Below, piece by piece: positions 12,246-64,000 of a DNA stretch of 64,000 bases (the first letter of the stretch is position 1; every line of letters begins with the position of its first letter). The DNA comes from the human T2T-CHM13v2.0 reference genome, Homo sapiens: the NCBI RefSeq assembly GCF_009914755.1, contig NC_060929.1; one strand, given 5' to 3'. The position numbers were made by a program, and so were the translations under genes. Under the pieces are notes generated by a model. It made no database searches. It was not told the DNA's origin and saw only the letters and a program-made list of their open reading frames with translations.

Positions 12246-14558
12246 GCTATGGAAATTTTTGCTCTTGAAGTTGAGGTCTGTTTTAATTGAGGTTTCTGAG
12301 GTTGTATAGCAGTGTGCAGATGCAGGTGACTTGTGCCCCAGCACTGGGCTGCCTGGCTGTGCCCTGGGCTTGTGTGACCTTCAGTCTGTGCTGGGCTGAA
12401 ATCTGCTCTAGAGGTTTCCAGATTTCTTTTTACCCTCCACCCCAACAGACCCTCAGGCCTTTTTGTGCTCACTTCCCAAGCTCCCCCTGGACTCTGCTCC
12501 GGAGTCCATGTCAGCCCCGCCTGGGACCTTGACTGCCACATCACCCACATTGCTCCTCTCAGCCTGTGATGACGATATATCCAGACCCCTTTCTGCCCCA
12601 GAGCTGCAGTGGGTCTCAGAGGAGCCCAGCTTTACCCCACAGTCTACCCTGGGAAGGTGGAGACACATCTGATACTGTCACTGCAGGGGGTGCCCCATAT
12701 GGCAGCTGCTCCACCAGGGCTGCCCTGACCCGTCCCCAGCTGTAAGTCCCATGTCACTGGTGTGCACAGGCACTCACCTCTTTAACTTTGTCACGTCCAC
12801 ATTCTTAAGTGTTTGGTGGCACCAGGACCTGGCAGGTCTGAGGGAAGGACCCCTCGAAGCTCAGTTAGTTCTCTATGTCCAGCAAGGATGAGTGTGAGGC
12901 CCCGAGCATCGAGCATCGGGAAAACCACGTCAGGTGTTCCTCCCAAGTAGGTGCCCATTGCAGTGCCTGCCCCTGCCAGAGGGCACTGCCTGAGCTAAAT
13001 CCCCCGTCTCACCTTCCCAGACCTTCACCTGGTTTCAGGGCTCCTCAGCCACCCACATATCGCTGAAATGTCAAAGAGCTTGTGAGGAAGCTTCTGGGGC
13101 ACCTGCCTTCTAGAGGAGGCTGAGGGCAGCTGCGGATGGTTATTTATGGGGATGTTTTTGGCCTGGGCCACAAGCAGGTGGGTAAGTGGCACAGGGATGG
13201 CAGCTTAAGGTGCCCTGGCTTCTCTGCGTGGCTGTCACTGAGCAGAGGAGTCCGGGCCTGCCAGCAGGTTCCATCCTAGCTTATTCTCTGTGTGTCCTCA
13301 GTTGGGGTACCTACCCGGTCTCTGCCTCAGTTTCCTCCTCTGTGAGACAGTGATCCTAACAGGCCCTACCTCTGACAGTGGTTTTGATGAAGTACGCGAT
13401 GTGGGTGAAGCACCTGGAGCTGGCCCACTCACAAAGAACGCGCCACGGACTCTCAAGGTTAATGTTGAAAAGGGGCTGGGGTGGGGCAAAAGTGGGCCGG
13501 CCATTTCCGCTCCAGGTGCCTGGGCTGACAGATTGGATTAAATTAGCATGTGCATTGCTGAGTGCACAGGGGACAGTTGCCCAGGCCAGAGGCATCAGGG
13601 TCAAAGCTGGTGATGCCTTGGCCTCATCACCCCAGGCTAGGGCCAGTGCATGATGTAGTCGGCCAGGGGAGGGCTCTGGAGCCCTGCAGCCGAGGGGGCC
13701 TGGTGACCCTCACAAGGTCATTCACAGGCCACTAGGATGGCCTGCCCTTTTCCGGCCAGGCCTCACTCTAGGAAAAAGAAAATTGATTGTAACCTCGTTG
13801 GCAGTTTCCTTTGCATAGAAGTGGGAATTCGCTGCTAGCGAGGCTGGTGATGAACTCCGCAAAAGCTGGGAAATCTCGTTTGAGCAGGAGCGCCCATTAT
13901 CTTGGCCAAGCTGCTGCAGCTGGGCTGAGCGGGTGTGGAAGTGTGGGTGGTAGTCGTGTAAGTTCTCCAGCCAAGCCCAAGTTCCTCTGCAGACCTGTGC
14001 ATGACGGCATATCCAGATGATTCCAACCTCCTGCTGTGGATTCAGTCCCGCTCCGTAAGACTTCTCTGCAGTCCCCAGACATCAACAAGGAGCAATAAGC
14101 TATCTTTTCTGTGTCTTACCTGAATTCTTGTCCCTGTGAAGCATTAGCAAATTGAAATGTTTGTTTTCTACCAGCATTTGGGGGTATTAGTTTTTTTTAT
14201 TTAAAAATAATCACAGTAAAGACATCAGGAATAACACACTTGTAGGACATTCACGAGGTACAGAAGAATGCACACCGAAATCTGGACTTGTCTTTTCCTC
14301 TTCTGTAGCCTGCCAGCTTCTGCCTCTGGAAGTAACAACTGTTAAGTTTCTGCACATCTTTCCAGATTTATTAATTGAACAATCATATAGCACTGACACC
14401 GTGACAAAGCTTTGTCAAAGGACTTTGGCTACCAGTGTAAAAGACTCATTTATTTTCATTTACTGTGAACACTTAGGTGGCACCAGGAAGGAAAGCCTTA
14501 TGCTCATTCCTTTTTATTCTTCCTAACATATTCTGTTTTTAAAAATGTCTTTTCCAGG

Positions 14559-14925
<367 letters not shown>

Positions 14926-15352
14926 TCACTCTCTCTCATATATGTGTATATATATATATATATATGTGCACACCTGCCCAATTTTCTATTCAGTTGTTGA
15001 CAATTAAAATTCTCCATTTACACAGGTAATATGTGTTCCTTCCTAAATTCTGTTAACCACCCCTTCAATTAGATAATTCCTGAAAAAAATTGCAACATCT
15101 ATGTTAATGCAGTTTTTTTTGTATTTTGTATTTTTTATTTTTTGTTTATTATACTTTAAGTTTTAGGGTACATGTGCACAACGTGCAGGTTTGTTACATA
15201 TGTATACATGTGCCATGTTGGTGTGCTGCACCCATTAACTTGTCATTTAACATTAGGTATATCTCCTAATGCTATCCCTCCCCCCACCCCCCACCCCACA
15301 ACAGGCCCCAGTGTGTGATGCTCCCCTTCCTGTGTGCATGTGTTCTCATTGT

Positions 15353-19169
<3,817 letters not shown>

Positions 19170-19232
19170 TATTATGTTAGCTGGTTATTTTGCTCGTTAG
19201 TTGACGCAGTTTCTTCCTAGCCTTGATGGTCT

Positions 19233-20246
19233 TTACAATTTGGCATGGTTTTGCAGTGGCTGGTACCGGTTGTTCCTTTCCATGTTTAGTGCTTCCTTCA
19301 GGAGCTCTTTTAGGGCAGGCCTGGTGGTGACAAAATCTCTCAGCATTTGCTTGTCTGTAAAGGATTTTATTTCTCCTTCACTTATGAAGCTTAGTTTGGC
19401 TGGATATGAAATTCAGGGTTGAAAATTCTTTTCTTTAAGAATGTTGAATATTGGCCCCCACTCTCTTCTGGCTTGTAGAGTTTCTGCCGAGAGATCAGCT
19501 GTTAGTCTGATGGGCTTCCCTTTGAGGGTAACCCGACCTTTCTCTCTGGCTGCCCTTAACATTTTTTCCTTCATTTCAGCTTTGGTGAATCTGACAATTA
19601 TGTGTCTTGGAGTTCCTCTTCTCGAGGAGTATCTTTGTGGCATTCTCTGTATTTCCTGAATCTGAACGTTGGCCTGCCTTGCTAGATTGGGGAAGTTCTC
19701 CTGGATAATATCCTGCAGAGTGTTTTCCAACTTGGTTCCATTCTCCCCATCACTTTCAGGTACACCAATCAGACATAGATTTGGTCTTTTCACATAGTCC
19801 CATATTTCTTGGAGGCTTTGTTTGTTTCTTTTTATTCTTTTTTCTCTAAACTTCTCTTCTCGCTTCATTTCATTCATTTGATCTTCCATCACTGATACCC
19901 TTTCTTCCAGTTGATCGAATCGGCTACTGAGGCTTGTGCATTTGTCACATCGTTCTCATGCCATGGTTTTCAGCTCCATCAGGTCATTTAAGGACTTCTC
20001 TGCATTGGTTATTCTAGTTAGCCATTCATTTAATCTTTTTTCAAGGTTTTTAACTTCTTTGCCATTGGTTTGAACTTCCTCCTTTAGCTCAGAGAAGTTT
20101 GATCATCTGAATCCTTCTTCTCTACTCGTCAAAGTCATCCTCCATCCAGCTTTGTCCCGTTACTGGTGAGGAGCTGCATTCCTTTGGAGGAGGAGAGGCA
20201 CTCTGATTTTTAGAATTTTGAGTTTTTCTGCTCTGTTTTTCCCCAT
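19233..20246 (-). pseudogene. L1 ORF1 (RNA-binding protein), broken
   Basis: MGK start frameshifted within a few codons (MGKNRAEK); central fragment 19413..19892 (...IWDYVKRPNL...) ends at a premature stop. Confidence 0.92.
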
Positions 20247-20649
20247 CTTTGTGGTTTTATCTACCCTTGGTCTTTGATGATGGTGACATACAGATGGGGT
20301 TTTGGTGTGGATGTCCTTTCTCTGTTTGTTAGTTATCCTTCTAACAGCCAGGACCCTCAGCTGCAGGTCTGTTGGAGTTTGCTGGAGGTTCACTCCAGAC
20401 CTTGTTTGCCTGGGTGTCAGCAGTGGAGGCTGCAGAACAGCGAATATTGAGGAACAGCAAATGATGCTGCCTGATTGTTCCTCTGGAAGTTTTGTGTCAG
20501 AGGAGTAGCCGGCCATGTGAGGTGTCAGTCTGCCCCTACTGGGTGGTGCCTCCCAGTTAGGCTACTTGGGGGTCAGGGACCCACTTGAGGAGGCAGTCTG
20601 TCTGTTCTCAGATCTCAAACTGTGTGCTGGGAGAACCACTATTCTCCTC

Positions 20650-21278
20650 AAAGCTGTCAGACAGGGACATTTAAGTCTGCAGAGGTTTCTGCTGCCTTTT
20701 GTTTGGCTATGCCCTGCCCCCAGAGGTGGAGTCTACAGAGGCAGGCAGGCCTCCTTGAGCTGCAGTGGGCTCCACCCAGTTAGAGCTTCCCAGCCACTTT
20801 GTTTACCTACTCAAGCCTGGGCAATGGCGGGCGCCCCTACCCCAGCCTCGCTTCAGCCTTGCAGTTTGATCTCAGACTGCTGTGCTAGCAATGAGCGAGG
20901 CTCCATGGGCGTAGGACCCTCCGAGCCAGGTGCAGGATATAATCTCCTGGTGTGCCGTTGGCTAAGACCATTGGAAAAGCGCAGTATTAGGGTGGAAGTG
21001 ACCTGATTTTCCAGGTGCCGTCTGTCATCCCTTTCCTTGGCTAGGGGAGGGAATTCCCTGACCCTTTGCACTTCCTGGGTGAGGCAATGCCTTGCCCTGC
21101 TTCAGCTCACACTCGGTGGGCTGCACCCACTGTCCTGCACCCACTGTCCGACAATCCCCAATGAGATGAACCTGGTACCTCAGTTGGAAATGCAGAAATC
21201 ATTCGTATTCTGCATCGCTCACGCTGGGAGCTGCAGACTGGAGCTGTTCCTATTCGGCCATCTTGGCTCCACCCCCTA
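20650..21278 (+). promoter_or_regulatory. L1 5'UTR antisense promoter region facing the FAM153 coding exons
   Basis: Complete L1PA 5'UTR on the minus strand; the L1 antisense promoter is known to fire out of the 5' end, which here is the + direction. Activity is not shown by the sequence. Confidence 0.5.
20824..21006 (+). CDS. L1 ORF0 homolog (antisense to L1), 60 aa, shortened by a TGA
   Basis: GCAATGG start; MAGAPTPASLQPCSLISDCCASNERGSMGVGPSEPGAGYNLLVCRWLRPLEKRSIRVEVT*; donors CAG|GTGCAG at +106 (20930) and CAG|GTGCCG at +191 (21015). Confidence 0.75.
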   Translation: MAGAPTPASLQPCSLISDCCASNERGSMGVGPSEPGAGYNLLVCRWLRPLEKRSIRVEVT

Positions 21279-21920
21279 TTAATGCAGTTTTTATGCCTCA
21301 TTAATGACCCATTTGATTTAATAGTTCTTAAAACTTGTGATGAATCAACAGTGATGGAAAGTTGTACTGAATCATATCTTTTTTTATTACTATGAATTAT
21401 ATTGTTAGAGATTGGCTTTAAAATTGAAGTTACACTAATGCATTTTAAATGTAATTTGGAGCTAGTTTAGAATTGTTGAAGCTAGGACTCTCTGGTGACT
21501 CAGGAATAGTAGAAATTGGTGGGGAAGGCATTTCACATCAAGGCTGGAATCTCCCTTTATTCTCAATGTATTAGCTTTTCTTATCTTTACCCTGAAATTT
21601 TCACTATCAAATATATTTGAGAGGCAAATCTTTTTCCTCCTTTAATGTTTGTTTCATACACATAGAATAATACTGTGTGTCTGAGATTCAGTTTTTGAAA
21701 TGAAACATGGAGTCTAAGTGACCCCTTGTCGATGTGACAATGGACTGGTCTAGATCACAGCAGTTGGGCCCCATATTGTGACATGGATGCTTGCGAAAAT
21801 TCTACTGTGACCTGTTGCTGAGGTGATCTGATGATATAGGTCTTGCCTTTCATTTTAACTGCCATTCTGGCAACTGAACGTTGGCAGTAAACGCAGCTTA
21901 GTTGTCTCAGAGGACTCACA

Positions 21921-38452
<16,532 letters not shown>

Positions 38453-39404
38453 AGACCTCTGAAGGTAAGTGAAGGATGCCCTGAGAACATGCTCCAGGAA
38501 ACAGACACCCACTCCATAGCAGCCCGAGCCTGCTGGGCTGAGCCCTCCACAGGCTGCTTAGTGAGGGAGACACTGAGGTGCTGGTCGCACCCCCATGTGC
38601 AGGACTCCAAGGGCTTTGCACTGTGTTGTCTGCAGTAACTCTTCAGCTCACCAACATCTCATTTGGGGGGACCTAGCTCTGTCCTCCCAGCCCCTTGAGG
38701 ACAACAGGGAGCATCACTAGTTCATCCTGAGGAGACACTAGGGTTGACATGAATCCCCCTGGTTCAGGCCTCCTGGGAAAGGTGTGAGAGGGATGGAGGC
38801 ACCCCCAGGCTCCTTGTCACACAAGCGAGCAGCCCACCCGACCCAGTATTGCGGGCCAGCAGGCCCTCAGTAGGTCCTGGTGTCAAGCAGGGGACACGGC
38901 AGGATCCAAGAAGCACTGAAATGTGTCCAGTCCCAGGAGTCCTTCAGCCTCTGGGGGGTCTGGGGGCCTCCAGTTCCAGGGGTCCTTCAGCCTCTGTGGG
39001 GGCCTGGGGTGGCCTCATGGCCCCATTTTTCAAGATGAGGTTGGAGGCTTCTGTATGTAGAGGGCACTGGCTTGGGCCAAATGCCAACAAAACAAACCCC
39101 TGAAGACATTTCAGGGCCATGCTCACTTGGGAGGGTTTGAGGACATGATTTAGCGAGCCTCTGTTTTTTAAATATATTTTCCAATCTTGAAATAAGGTAC
39201 ACATATGAATGTGTGTGTGTGTGTACATATACACTGTTTTTCACTCTTTCAAATGTATGTCTTCTGTAACCCTTTTATGCTAGAATATACAAACATGAGA
39301 AATTTGTGTCTTACCAAAGCATAATTTTAAAAATTACAAAGCAAAGACAGGTCCGGTGGGGATGCTAGAAAGACCAGGTCTTATTAGGCAATAACAATGA
39401 CGTG

Positions 39405-39620
39405 CTCCAGGAAGCTATGCATGTTCAACGTGCAGCTCTTCTCCAGGAAGCTATGCATGTTCAACGTGCAGCTCTTCTCCAGGAAGCTATGCATGTTCAA
39501 CGTGCAGCTCTTCTCCAGGAAGCTATGCATGTTCAACGTGCAGCTCTTCTCCAGGAAGCTATGCATGTTCAACGTGCAGCTCTTCTCCAGGAAGCTATGC
39601 ATATTCAACGTGCAGCTCTT
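39405..39620. repeat. 36-bp minisatellite, 6 copies (CTCCAGGAAGCTATGCATGTTCAACGTGCAGCTCTT)
   Basis: Five identical copies plus one with a single G>A change; no spacers. Confidence 0.97.
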
Positions 39621-40063
39621 CCGTCTGGATGGCACAGAGGATCTGGGTGGCAAGGCAGGGTCACCACCCCCACCCTGTGTCATGAGACCTCCTGCTCCTC
39701 TTAGGGCCCAGGGGCATGGGACTCTGCCTGTTGATCCTGGTATGCTTGAAATTCCGTTTGTGTGTGTCTGTTTTACCCTCCGGGGAACCAGCCCCCTGAA
39801 GGTGCCCGTGTGAGCGCCCAGGTTCATTCTTCCTCCATGACACTCACACTCTCTGTGGACAGATAACCCCTCAGCAGAGAGCAGCACACAGGGCTCAGTG
39901 CCTTGACATCTGAGTAGACCTGATTGTGGGGAGCTCAGGGGCCCCAGGTCACCTTCCAGGGCCCAAGGAGGTCTCTGAGACCTGCACACCCATCCCAGGG
40001 AGCCCCTCCTCCCTCCACCTCTGTGCCTCTCTAGTGACCCTTGCACCTCTGTCTGTGTTGCAG

Positions 40064-48414
<8,351 letters not shown>

Positions 48415-48685
48415 ATTATAGTCCATTGTGTACATGAAAACAAGGCCTTCTGAAAACATGTATTATTGGTCAGAGGCAGCAGCAGTGAGAAGCCAGTGTG
48501 TCGTATTGTCCAACACACACTTCCCACACAGCCCTGCCATGCTCACTCATGACTTTCTGACAAACTGCTTTGTTGCTAGGAAGCCCTTAATTTTCCTCTG
48601 TGCTCTCCAAGAGAAAGAGGGCCTCCCCATGAGTTAACAGCTGGAGGAAAATGAAAAAGTAAGCTTTTCCTTAGCATTGGAAAAC

Positions 48686-49120
48686 CTTTTTTTTTTAACT
48701 TTTATTTTAGGTTCAGGGGTGCGTGTACAGGTTTATCATACAGGTAAACTTGTGTCATGGGGGTTCATTATACAGATTATTTCATCACCCAGGTACTGAG
48801 CCCAGCCCCCAATAGTTATTTCTTCTGCTCCTCTCCCTCCTCCCACCCTCCACCCTAAAGTAGGCTCCAGTGTCTGTTGTTCCTTTCTTTGTGTCCACGT
48901 GTTCTCGTCATTTAGCTCCCACTTATATGTGAGAATGTGCAGTATTTGCTTTTCTGTTCCTGAGTTAGTTCACTTAGGATAGTGGTCTCCAGGTCTGTCC
49001 ATGTTTCTGAATAAGATGTGATCTCCTTCTTTTTTATGGCCGCATAGTATTCCACGGAGCATATGAACTACGTTTTCTTGATCCGGTCAGTTATTATGGG
49101 CATTTAGGTTGATTCCCTGC
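48686..49120 (-). mobile_element. Old L1PA/L1PB 3' end fragment
   Basis: ttttattttaggttcagggg...tacagattatttcatcacccaggtact...catttagctcccactta motifs. Confidence 0.8.
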
Positions 49121-50280
49121 TGCTGCAGAAGCCAGCCTTCTGTGTATCACCGCATGGTCCCGTGACACAGGAAAATGCATGTCTCTGGGATAGGATGACT
49201 GTTTCTCATCCCACATGGTAAGGAGTTTCCAAAGTTCGCGAGCGTTTATTCAGCACCTGCTGTGAGCTATGCCGATGGTGCCACGGGACAGGTGGTGGGG
49301 GACACAGCCTGCAGTAACAGAGAACACCCTTCCCTCAAGAGCCTGCGTTCTCCTTGGGGGAGACAGACAATGAGCCAAGTCCTGGAGCTGCCTGCATGGG
49401 GAGTGAGCGAGGAGGAATTGCAGTGAGGGGCAGGCAGCGGGGGAGAGCTTCACGCCCACCGCCCCGCTGGGTCCACACTGTTGTGCTGCCCTCCCTTGGA
49501 GGGTCGAATTAGGGCCATGTCAACTTCCTGGGTAGTTCAGATCTAGTTGGGATTCTGGCTTGACAAGACCTTTTCCTGTTTCTCAAGGGGCCCTGGATTG
49601 TTCAACTGGGAAGGGAAGCTGTAAGAATCGCCTAGTCCAGGTGATTCAAAGTGTACCTTTGGAGTCTCTTCTGGGGCCATGAAGCAGGGCTGGGGGAAGC
49701 CAGGGGTTCTGGGGATTCTACCTTAACTCACCTGTTAACTGGTGAAAGACACCTTCTGACCAAAGATCACAAGATGAAAACCTGGAAAAGCCTCAAGAGA
49801 GTCTACATTACCTGGAAGGACTCTGAGGCCTAGAGAGAAAGAACTTGCATAACTGATGCCAGCTGACTTGCCCTCCAGGGCTCTCAGCCCGCTGCCGTGA
49901 GCTTTGTCTTGTGGCTTTTGTATCTCCAATGTCAAGTGGCCCAGGGAAAACAGGCACCTGCTCTGTGGATGAGAGGTGTGGCCTGGTGATGTTGCCAGAG
50001 AGGGCATATCTGTTTCCTGGGGGTGGAATAAAATGAATTCTCCCAGGTCTTACACCTGCTATAAGATGCTTCTGGTCAATGGGTATTTGGAATACTGCCA
50101 CGTTAGTTAGCGGGGAGGCATCTGGGATCTTTGATTCTGTGCCACAAAGCAGTTCCCTTTACTATGTCAGAACCCCCCTTACCTTTTGAGCTCACCCGGC
50201 CCTGCCACCTGGTATTCCATAACCTTCTCTCAAAGGCAACAGAAAGACCACAAGATACTGTAGACAATCCATTGGTGTGA

Positions 50281-53538
<3,258 letters not shown>

Positions 53539-53876
53539 TAACGCTGGCTCCATTGTGTGCAACACTGCCATCTGCCGTTAGGATTTGTGTCTGAGAACCT
53601 GGGCCCACAGTCTCGCTGCGGATGCAGAACTGGCAGAAAAGCCTACTGCACTTCCCCTGTGTGGTTAAACGACGGTGAACAAGTCCAAGGCGGAAAGAAT
53701 AACCAAGTATATGCCTTAAGATCCTTTCTTGGAGGTCCCCAGGTGAAATACTAATCAGATCCTTCAGCATTTCCTCCTGTCCAAAAGGATCCTGCTGTAT
53801 TCCTGTTTCTTTGTCATGAACCGATCACGGCTTTTCAATGATGCATTATCTCATTTCGACAAAATATCTGAGAGCT

Positions 53877-55950
<2,074 letters not shown>

Positions 55951-56679
55951 CAGCATTCTATTTCTTAAGCAGCCTATTGGGTGCATAAGGGCTCATTTCA
56001 TTATTTTGCACACCTTATATATGCACGTATAAATATATATGCTTCTTACATATGGAAAATAAAATCTCATGAGAAAAAAATCTAATCTAAACCAAAAGAG
56101 GACTGTGTGTATCTGCAGCAGTTATGAAAAATAAAAATGCTTTCTCGTTGATGCTCCAGGAGAGCTGGGGAGCACACGAGTTGTCAGTGCCTGTCGTCTG
56201 CACATCATCATACGTAGCCCCCTTTGGATCTCAGAAGTTCCCCAGATGGGACCCACCAGCAAGAGGGCCCTGTGTTGTTGGAGGTGGCAGCTACCTCTGT
56301 GGCTTGTCCCAGGGTCACCAGAAATTCTGGAGAGAAATAGATGTGGTCCGTGAGATGAAATAAGTGAAACCTTCACTTCTGCTTATTTGGAAAGCCTCCC
56401 TCAGACTTAGTTTCTTCGTCTGAAAAATGGGCGTAATTACTACCTGATGGGGTTATTGTGAGAATCACATGAGCCAATCTATGCTCAGGGTGCAAAGCAT
56501 GGAACTCCTCTTGCCTTCTGAAATTATGTGAGAAGATCTCCAGCACCACTCCTTCATCCCGAGACTCTCCCAGCCTTGCACAGTCCAGAGAAGGTCACTG
56601 CAGATTAAAATAGACCTAAAAGACACATCTACCAAATGCAGCGTGTGGACTTTAGGTGGATTCTGACTGAAACCCACCA

Positions 56680-56960
56680 ATCCCGCTTGATCCGTGGTTC
56701 CACTTTCCACCATTGCAGTTGTCTGTGGTACAATTCAATAAGATAGTCTTAGGGAGATAGACCACATTCACATAACTTTTATTACAGTGCATTATCAATT
56801 ATTGTTGTTAAACTCTTACTGTGCCTCATTTATAATTACACTTTATTATAGGTGTGTATGTATAGGAAAAAATATAGTATACAAGGGCTCGGCATTATCT
56901 GTGGTTTCACGGCATCCACAGGATCTCGGAACATACACCCCGCAGATAAGGGGGTACAGC
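56680..56960 (-). mobile_element. MER44A-like DNA transposon fossil
   Basis: cacattcacataacttttattacag...ccgcagataaggggg is the reverse of the MER44-type terminus seen at 5619. Confidence 0.55.
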
Positions 56961-57031
56961 TATATAAAAATGTATTCTTGAGAAAATCAGGAAAAGGCAA
57001 ATAAGGATTGGGCATTAAAAGATGCCAAAGT

Positions 57032-63200
<6,169 letters not shown>

Positions 63201-63381
63201 ATGAATTTAAAAACTTTTTAAAACTATGTGTATTCTCTTGCATATTTTTAAGATGATATATGAAATTTTCACTATACATTTAAATTGTTGCAAGAGATGT
63301 AATTTCCCAACTATTGTAATGATTGACATTTAAAATAAAAACTATTTCATTCATCTTTTAAATGGACCCAATGAAATCTAA

Positions 63382-63768
<387 letters not shown>

Positions 63769-64000
63769 TGACTTCCCACCTCCCCTTTTGTCTAGAAATG
63801 CATTCCTCTTGAGGGAATCCCCTAGGAGCAAAGCAAAGAAGGCTGTGGCTTATGTGTGTAATCCCAGCACTTTGGGAGGCCAAGGCAGGAGGATCACTGG
63901 AGCCCAGGAGTTTAAGCACCAATCTGGGCAACATAACAAGACCTCCTCTCTACAAAAAAAATAAAAAATAAAACTCAGGTGTGGTGGCAAGTGCCTATAG

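Noticed and set aside
9388-12290. Many overlapping ORFs in the 34-bp array, suggesting a repeat protein or CRISPR-like locus
   Set aside because: The unit is not a multiple of 3, frames shift constantly, stops are frequent and there is no repeat/spacer alternation.
12250-14200. GC-richer unique stretch as a CpG-island promoter or coding exons
   Set aside because: CpG density is modest, and I found no coherent exon chain or recognisable peptide.
39405-39620. 36-bp repeats resembling a CRISPR array, and the overlapping 230/138/100-aa ORFs
   Set aside because: Units are contiguous with no spacers, there are no cas genes and the context is primate. The ORFs exist because a 36-nt unit lacks stops in four of six frames.

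Overview
Primate (almost certainly human) genomic DNA: Alu-rich, with GT-AG introns and no prokaryotic features. The main gene is a + strand FAM153-family gene. Its three-module exon structure, and my recollection of the RPL19 retrocopy next to FAM153C, fit FAM153C/FAM153CP on 5q35.3; that paralog assignment is an inference. I reconstructed 11 coding exons by hand (21921..38452). They form one uninterrupted 666-nt ORF (221 aa) built from tandemly duplicated, phase-1-symmetric two-exon modules. Just upstream is a full-length, dead, antisense L1PA (about L1PA4, 15118..21278, 14-bp TSD). Its antisense promoter and ORF0 point into the gene, and the first ORF0 splice donor is in the correct phase to fuse in frame to FAM153 exons. 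Downstream are three decayed, unprocessed CEP192 exons that include the acidic PLK4-binding segment, and a solo HERV-K(HML-2) LTR5A-like element carrying an intact-ORF RPL19 retrocopy. There is also a 2.9-kb degenerate 34-bp array with a higher-order duplication, a 36-bp x6 intronic VNTR, DNA-transposon fossils, old L1 fragments and more than 35 Alus. Coordinates were counted by hand; repeat subfamily names and parent-protein comparisons are from memory and need database confirmation.
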